A DNA stretch of 64,000 bases, taken from NCBI RefSeq assembly GCF_018977255.1, contig NW_024704743.1, positions 21,392,001 to 21,456,000 of the forward strand, read 5' to 3'. Made by a program: the position numbers and the translations under genes. Under the pieces are notes generated by a model, which saw only the letters and a list, made by a program, of their open reading frames with translations, was not told where the DNA came from and ran no database searches. Positions within the stretch are counted from its first letter, which is position 1, and each line of letters opens with the position of its first letter. Source of the DNA: Callorhinchus milii. Taxonomy: Eukaryota. Shown here one piece after another: positions 1 through 64,000 of the stretch.

Positions 1-309
1 CTTGTATGAGTTTATCTTTAACATCACTAAGTGATATTACCAGTTTGTGCTGAAATTAATATGTTTTGTTAGCTTTAACTTTGATTCAGCTTTACAATTG
101 TTGTACCACATTTAAAAAACAGAACTGAAATAACCAAGGTAAATTAACATTTGGCATCACTGGAGGCATGGGTGGTGGTAAAACAGTAATGGGATGGAAT
201 TCAACATGTGAAGAGGGATCCCCCCCAAAAAACTATGATAGCCCTGGGCCCTCATCAAGCTTAATCCAGCTCTGGGACATAGGATTTGCAGAAGATCAGA
301 GCCATCTGA

Positions 310-470
310 GTGAAAGTGATGAGTAATGGGTTGTGAGTAGATCAGAGGTAGGGAGTTGCCAAGCATAAAGTGATTTGAAAGTGAGAGTGAGGATCTTGAA
401 ATCAATCCATTCTACAACACAGAGGCAGTGGAGCCTAGCAAGAACTGAGATGATGGGGTTGCAGTCTGGT
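310..470 (-). mobile_element. Decayed L2-clade LINE ORF2 C-terminal fragment
   Basis: Translates PIISVLARLHCL...IDFKILTLTFKSL, a decayed LHWLP..RI.FKIL motif. Confidence 0.7.
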
Positions 471-766
471 ATGTATATAATTACTATAATGGTATAACCT
501 CCACTATAGACTGGGCTTGATGCCAAAACATAGTGTTACTTATTAACTGGCTACAGTATTCTGAGCTGCAGCTCAGGTGTCCTTGCAGGCAGTGTGGAGG
601 ATGTTAAATGTTTGTAGATTAAACATTGCTAGTATGAAGTTGAAACACTGACAGGATACAGCTGAACTCTAGCAGGGGTGTTAGAAATTTGCATTTAACT
701 TCAAGTACCTCTGAATTGTTGCCAATCATCCTTAAAGTGATTGAAGTGATGCAGTGATGTCTATAA

Positions 767-959
767 CAGTGGTGGCCAACCTTTCTGGTCAGCCAAATAC
801 ATTTTATTGATTGAATATTTCTTGATTTGTGCTATCAATTAAGAAATATTCAGTCAAGAATAAACTGACAACATGGACTTGACTGATCGGGGGACTGGCT
901 GTTTCTTGATGGCGCTGTGGGCCACTTCCAGCCCGCGGGCCACAGGTTGACCACCAGTC
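767..959. mobile_element. hAT-Charlie-like MITE
   Basis: TIRs CAGTGGTGGCCAACCT / AGGTTGACCACCAGTC (13/16); 8-bp TSD-like gtctataa/gtctacag; gcccgcgggcc subterminal motif. Confidence 0.75.
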
Positions 960-1382
960 GTCTACAGCAAGAGGTGAAAATGGACATACTGCACTCAAGC
1001 TACATGATTGTAATCTACACTACAGGCAAGGGAATACATTTGGTGAAAATGCACAAAAGAGGTGAACTAAAATGTGCAGGAATTTGGCTCACACTGTGCT
1101 GAATGGATTTCACCTTTTGCAATACAAAAAGAGTAAGAATGAGTTATTTCCCAATGATATTGGGGTCTATATTCTCAGGATCCCCCAACTAACTGATGTA
1201 ATCTCCCAAAATAAAAAAAGGAATAAAAGGGTTCCCCCAGTACATGCGAGCGAACGTATACACAGACACACACTATAGCAGATGAATTTTGTAAAATAAT
1301 TTCTACACACATTCAATATAGACTAAAGCAGTAAAGAAGACTTACTGGCAAAAAATTAGACCAAGATCCACAGAAACAGAAT

Positions 1383-1388
1383 TTTATT
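1383..1388 (-). terminator. Polyadenylation signal AATAAA
   Basis: tttatt on the + strand, followed on the - strand by GU/U-rich TTCTGTTTCTGTGG...TTTTTTG. Confidence 0.7.
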
Positions 1389-1607
1389 TCCAGTGTTTCC
1401 AGGGGACATTTACAAACCATTTGCCTATATCTGTACACAGGCTAAATACAATGTGAAGTCTGAGAAAACAGTTCTCATGCACAATTACATTTCTCATCCG
1501 AGATGGTGAAAAATGTGAGAGGGACCAATTGTTCAGAGACCACTATCTACATGCCTATGTTACAATGCTTTCATCAAATCTCAAATTTGAAAAAAGTTTC
1601 CATGAAA

Positions 1608-1649
1608 TATATACATACACATACACACGCACACATACACACGCACACA
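1608..1649. repeat. Imperfect (CA)n/(TG)n microsatellite in the 3'UTR
   Basis: tatatacatacacatacacacgcacacatacacacgcacaca. Confidence 0.85.
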
Positions 1650-2355
1650 TTTAAGTTAAGTATCTTTACAGAAACTTTAAAAATTCAAATCCATACAAAG
1701 ACTGTATTAAAACTCTGTCTTTAAAAAAATGTTCATAAGATCCAACTGGAATGCCGAAAGTATGGAAGCTCTGTATTTGTTCGGTTAATAAAATCTGGAA
1801 AAATGAAATGAATTTATGGTTTGTTTATAGATAAAACTCATTTTGTTCACAGTAGATTTCTAGTCTTTTGAACTAAAAAGACAATATGGCACTCTATCTA
1901 ACCCAAAACGTTTTGAGATGAGGCACTTTCTTTAGCAACTGAAGTTCAAACAATTAGGTTCCAATACACATTTTTGTTCACTATTACAAGCTGAAGGACA
2001 ATGTATGGATGCAGCGGTGTCCAATAGTAGAGCATTTAAGGTGTATGCATATATCCAATTGTACAGAGTAAGCAGTATACAGAACATTGCATCAGAAATG
2101 TTTCAGCACTTGATGCTCTTTTGTAAGAATTTCATAAATACAAAAGTTAGTCCTTCAGGCTGATGCTGCGCACTGTGGAGAGCTTCCATGATGCCCAGCA
2201 CAGAAACTAGCCTGTATTATAGGCTGAGCAGCAGAGCATTAACAGTTTTCAAAATTCAAGTAAAGAGAAATATATACAGAAGGATGAATCATTTAAAAAA
2301 CAGTGTCTTACTATATACAATTTTCTACAGCACTAGACATAAATAGGTTGCAAAC

Positions 2356-60264
<57,909 letters not shown>

Positions 60265-61752
60265 CTGTAAAATACAAATGGGCATTTCCACTCAAAAAAG
60301 TATTTCCATGCAAGTTTTTGTTAGAATGAAACAACCTGCATTTACAATCTTTAACTACCAAGAAAAGCACGCACATTAGATAGAATCTCCCTGTACACTC
60401 AATATTCTCCACTGGTTAGGTACATTTAACAAGCAGAGAATCAGCCAACACAACTTACGGTGTTAAGTAACTTACTTTACCTGTCTGCAGAATAAATTTG
60501 AAATTTAATCTACCCTGGATACAAAATCGTCCTTATGGTTAATTTTTGAGAAAAGGTAGGCGGATTCTGATACCGAGGACCTATACAGTGACACCAACAA
60601 TAGATATGCAAGATAGTGTTTGATCATTCTCTGGCAGGATGCCTGCCATTCTCACACTAATAGTGAAGCATAATCAAGTATACACTTAACAGCTAGAAGC
60701 ACTGTGATCGGGTCACAGAAACTCCATTACACAATTTTGGAAACAGTGGTTGATTTACATTTTACACGCAGAATTCATAGAAGAGATTAGAAAAGTCATT
60801 CAAACCACCAAAGGGTCCAACAAAGAAAACAATCTTTTCTAAACTCCATTCATATAACCCAGCTATTCTAAAGTATTCTACAGTAAAGGAAAGCACACCC
60901 AATATGGGTATTTTATCAACATCAAACTTTAATTTCCATCTATAGGGGATATAAGGTTATTTGGTTAATGATGTAGGAAAGTAAATGTAATACTGAGCTT
61001 CACCAGTGTACCCTGCAATATCTTCTTTGTGTGGAGAAAGCACAGGATCAATTAAAACAGGCAATGGATTTGAGCTCCTATTGTTTACTGTTGTCTTCCC
61101 ACCCGGTTTGTCCAAAACCTCTTTCATCCCTTCTGGCTATGTAAAGTTTCAAAAATGCCTAATTTACCACACTTGTCCGATTTGTCCTCACATTATTTTG
61201 TATTAACAAATATAGATACAGACTTGGTCTAAAACAGTCAAGAGTCAATTGTAAAAGAACACGCTGCAAAAAGTAACATCCAGCTTGTTTACAAGTCCTG
61301 TAATGCTATAAAATTGCACACTTCCTTCATGTTCTCCCCAAACCCCCACCAGTGCCTTCACCATGGTGCATATTGAGAAGAAAACAACATTAAAAAAGGA
61401 ATATTTAACTTTATGCTTCAGAAGCATTTTATTTCTGGGTAAGTGGAGAATTGTGGCAAGCGTTGAAAGACAGAAATGCATAAACAAAGTCCATCCAACA
61501 ACAGCTTCTAAACAGGCGGGGGGATCAGCAACAGCTGGTTATGCTGTTTGCCTCAGGTTGTGATTCTTATTTTCCAGATAAGGATCTTTAAGATGGAAGC
61601 CAGTGTATTTTTCCCCATTTCCTGTCACACTGTGGTCTCCAAATAATTCATTTCAGACCCACATCAAATAATGTTACATTCTGTTTGAAAATCCATTAAT
61701 CTTTTCAGGGGCGTGGTAATCGGGGGAGTGGGGGGGGAGAGAACAGACCACA

Positions 61753-62073
61753 TAATAATAATAATCCTTGAATTTGATATAGCGCTTTTCACGTCTTCTA
61801 GACATCTCAAAACTCTTCACAGAGTATACTGTAAAGTATATTACATTATACTTTATATTGCATTTTTGTGGGCGAAATGCGGCAGCCAATTGCGCACAGT
61901 AGTGTCCCACAAACGGCCGTAAATTGAAGTGACCAAATTAAGATTGTTTTTTTTCTTGAGGGATTATTATCAGGCATGTGGAGTAAGGAAACTTGCAAAA
62001 GGTTTCGCCCTGCCGGGAATTGAACCAGGTCTCTCGCTTGTGAGGCAAGTGCTCTAACCACTGAGCCATTCCC
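61753..62073 (-). mobile_element. Full-length tRNA-derived SINE (short variant)
   Basis: Head GGGAATGGCTCAGTGGTTAGAGCACTTGCCTCACAAGCGAGAGACCTGGTTCAATTCCCGG and L2-type tail. Confidence 0.88.
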
Positions 62074-63746
62074 ACCAAATTCCAATGAGTAACCAATGTG
62101 CTTGAAATCTTCCAAAGTAAGGATTCACTCAATCTTGTAAACTTTATACAGTATTTGAGTTTTTCCTTTGAACAGCTAAATCATCCATCTGAGATAAGCG
62201 GTCTGTGTCCAAATCTCTTATGCATCTGAAGTAATTTAATTAGGTATCTTCACTGGTTAAAGTATGGTACAAATAATGCTAAGTGAGTTGATGTCAATAT
62301 TGACTGGGTAGTTATTCACATACTGTGAAAATTGTGGACTTGTGCATTAATTTTTTTTCACATTCCAGATGTTCTTAAGATGCATGAGCTTCCTGCCTAG
62401 ATGAACATCTCCTGATCTCCTCCCCTGCACTATGGTTGGATGATCATGTTAATCCAGAATACCATTCCTGATCATGGCGATCAAGCAACATAATGATATT
62501 CTCTGAACCAGTACTTAAATGCTCACTCTAGGATCAGGAAAAGCAGGCAGGCCCGCTAAGCAGCAACCAAAAAATCTGACATTTTGTTTTAACTGAAATT
62601 TGAACCAATGCGCCAAAGGCTTTCGAACATAAAATGAAAATCCTTTCCAAAGTATGTCAACCTTTATTTGATTTGAGCTCCCATCTCAAAACTGTTCTTT
62701 TCTGGTGGTGGACATTAAAAATCTGATACAATACAAATTTACATTTTTATAGCGCCTTTCGTGCCAGAAGGTTGTCCCAAGACTCTGATGACGCTATTTT
62801 GAAAAGAAGAGTTTTCCCACTGTCAAGATCAATATCATCCACATTCATAAAGAACAAAAAATATTAATTGGTCATTCATCTCATTGATTTGAAAACATTT
62901 TAATTGATGGACATTCTCCAGACAAATACCATACACCCACTTTCGGGATCAGAGTCGATGATAACTGTACACGACAGTTCCATTGTGTATTCTATTCTGT
63001 AATCCCAATCATTTTAGTGAACCCAAGTATAATAATTTACCGTTATGTTTGGCTGAAACTGTGTTGCTGAATATTCTTACATTAACGATAACCAGTTAAC
63101 TGAGATACTCAGACGGCCTGGGCAATATCCTTTCATGGGAGATTTAAGTTTTTGTGGAACACTGTCGTGTGCAAGTTACCTGCTGTGTTCACCTACATAA
63201 TATACAGTCACTATACTTTACAGTGAATCCTGTAAAGCACTTTGAGAAATCCAATGTGAAAGGCAGTACATAAAATCCAAGAATTATTAATCGAAACAGA
63301 TAATTTATTAAAAACTGAAGAACACAGCCATTTGATGCAAGGCACCAGTTATATACACGAGGCATGCAAATGCAAAATAGCAAACATAGCATCGAGTAAC
63401 TATTGTAATCACAAGAAAACGTCACACTGCCTTAACAATTCTGTAGATTTAAATTATTGTTACTGGAAAAGGAAAACAAACTGGGTTGTGATGAATTGAG
63501 CAAAATGCATATTATTTGCTAAGGATTTGTCATTCTAAACATACTATTTTAAGTGGCAGCCTATAATTTTCCATATCCTATCCTAATGTGGCATTTCAGT
63601 ACCAAACATCAACTTGAAGCATTTTCAATTTGTTTCTTTTACCACAATAATATTGTAGTAGATTCAGGGGGGAAAAGGAGAAATAAAAGTGGTCAGCAAG
63701 GTATTGGTTTAAAAATAACAAAAAAAATAATTTAAAAATTGCAATT

Positions 63747-64000
63747 GGGAGGACTCTGCAGCATAGCTTACTCACCCAAACTCCTCACCTGACCCCTCTT
63801 CCTAGGTGCAGTAAAGGCACCTTAAACCCCTGCACAGGGGCTCACCAAATGAGTCCTCCCAGCAGGGTCCAGGATCTCTCCATAGAAAAGCTCCTTCGGT
63901 CACTAGAGGGCCCTATAGTGCGAGTTAACCAGCGCAGGCTCTTCCCCTGCATGGCCATCTGGCAAGTCTTCAGCGGAGCGCTTCACAGGGATGGGGTTGG
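63747..64000. other. GC-rich structured segment, probably the end or 5'UTR of an unclassified retroelement (runs off the window)
   Basis: Abrupt GC shift after an A-rich stretch; several nested inverted repeats. Confidence 0.35.

Larger units (their letters stand above)
1365..2355 (-). other. ARHGAP21: ARHGAP21 3'UTR (end approximate)
   Basis: AU-rich, repeat-free stretch between the stop codon and the first downstream AATAAA seen. Confidence 0.65.

Noticed and set aside
60265..64000. Next upstream ARHGAP21 exon (human DEENGNRG) and gene start
   Set aside because: No convincing match was found; these are presumably outside the window.

Overview
This is vertebrate genomic DNA, most likely a cartilaginous fish. 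That call is inferred from the repeat landscape (tRNA/Deu-domain SINEs with L2-type tails, plus L2 and CR1 LINEs), which suggests a chimaera or elephant-shark-like species. Almost the whole window is one minus-strand gene, ARHGAP21 (PDZ-PH-RhoGAP). I traced 22 GT-AG coding exons in consistent phase from 60264 down to the stop at 2356 (5927 nt, about 1,970 aa). A ~1 kb 3'UTR with an AATAAA follows. The first exons lie beyond the right edge. Introns are filled with SINEs, L2/CR1 fragments and several DNA-transposon MITEs. The most notable candidates are: a Cys-rich alternative terminal exon after the GAP domain; a frame-compensating microexon pair (17+16 nt) in the last intron; an intronic alternative-start exon in frame with the pre-PH exon but broken by a single TAG; a multi-branch RNA hairpin whose transition mismatches are all G·U on the sense strand; a Tigger-like MITE with three PBX-MEIS decamers; and a shifted or defective splice donor. 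No prokaryotic systems, CRISPR arrays or true tRNA/rRNA genes were seen. Repeat boundaries are approximate.
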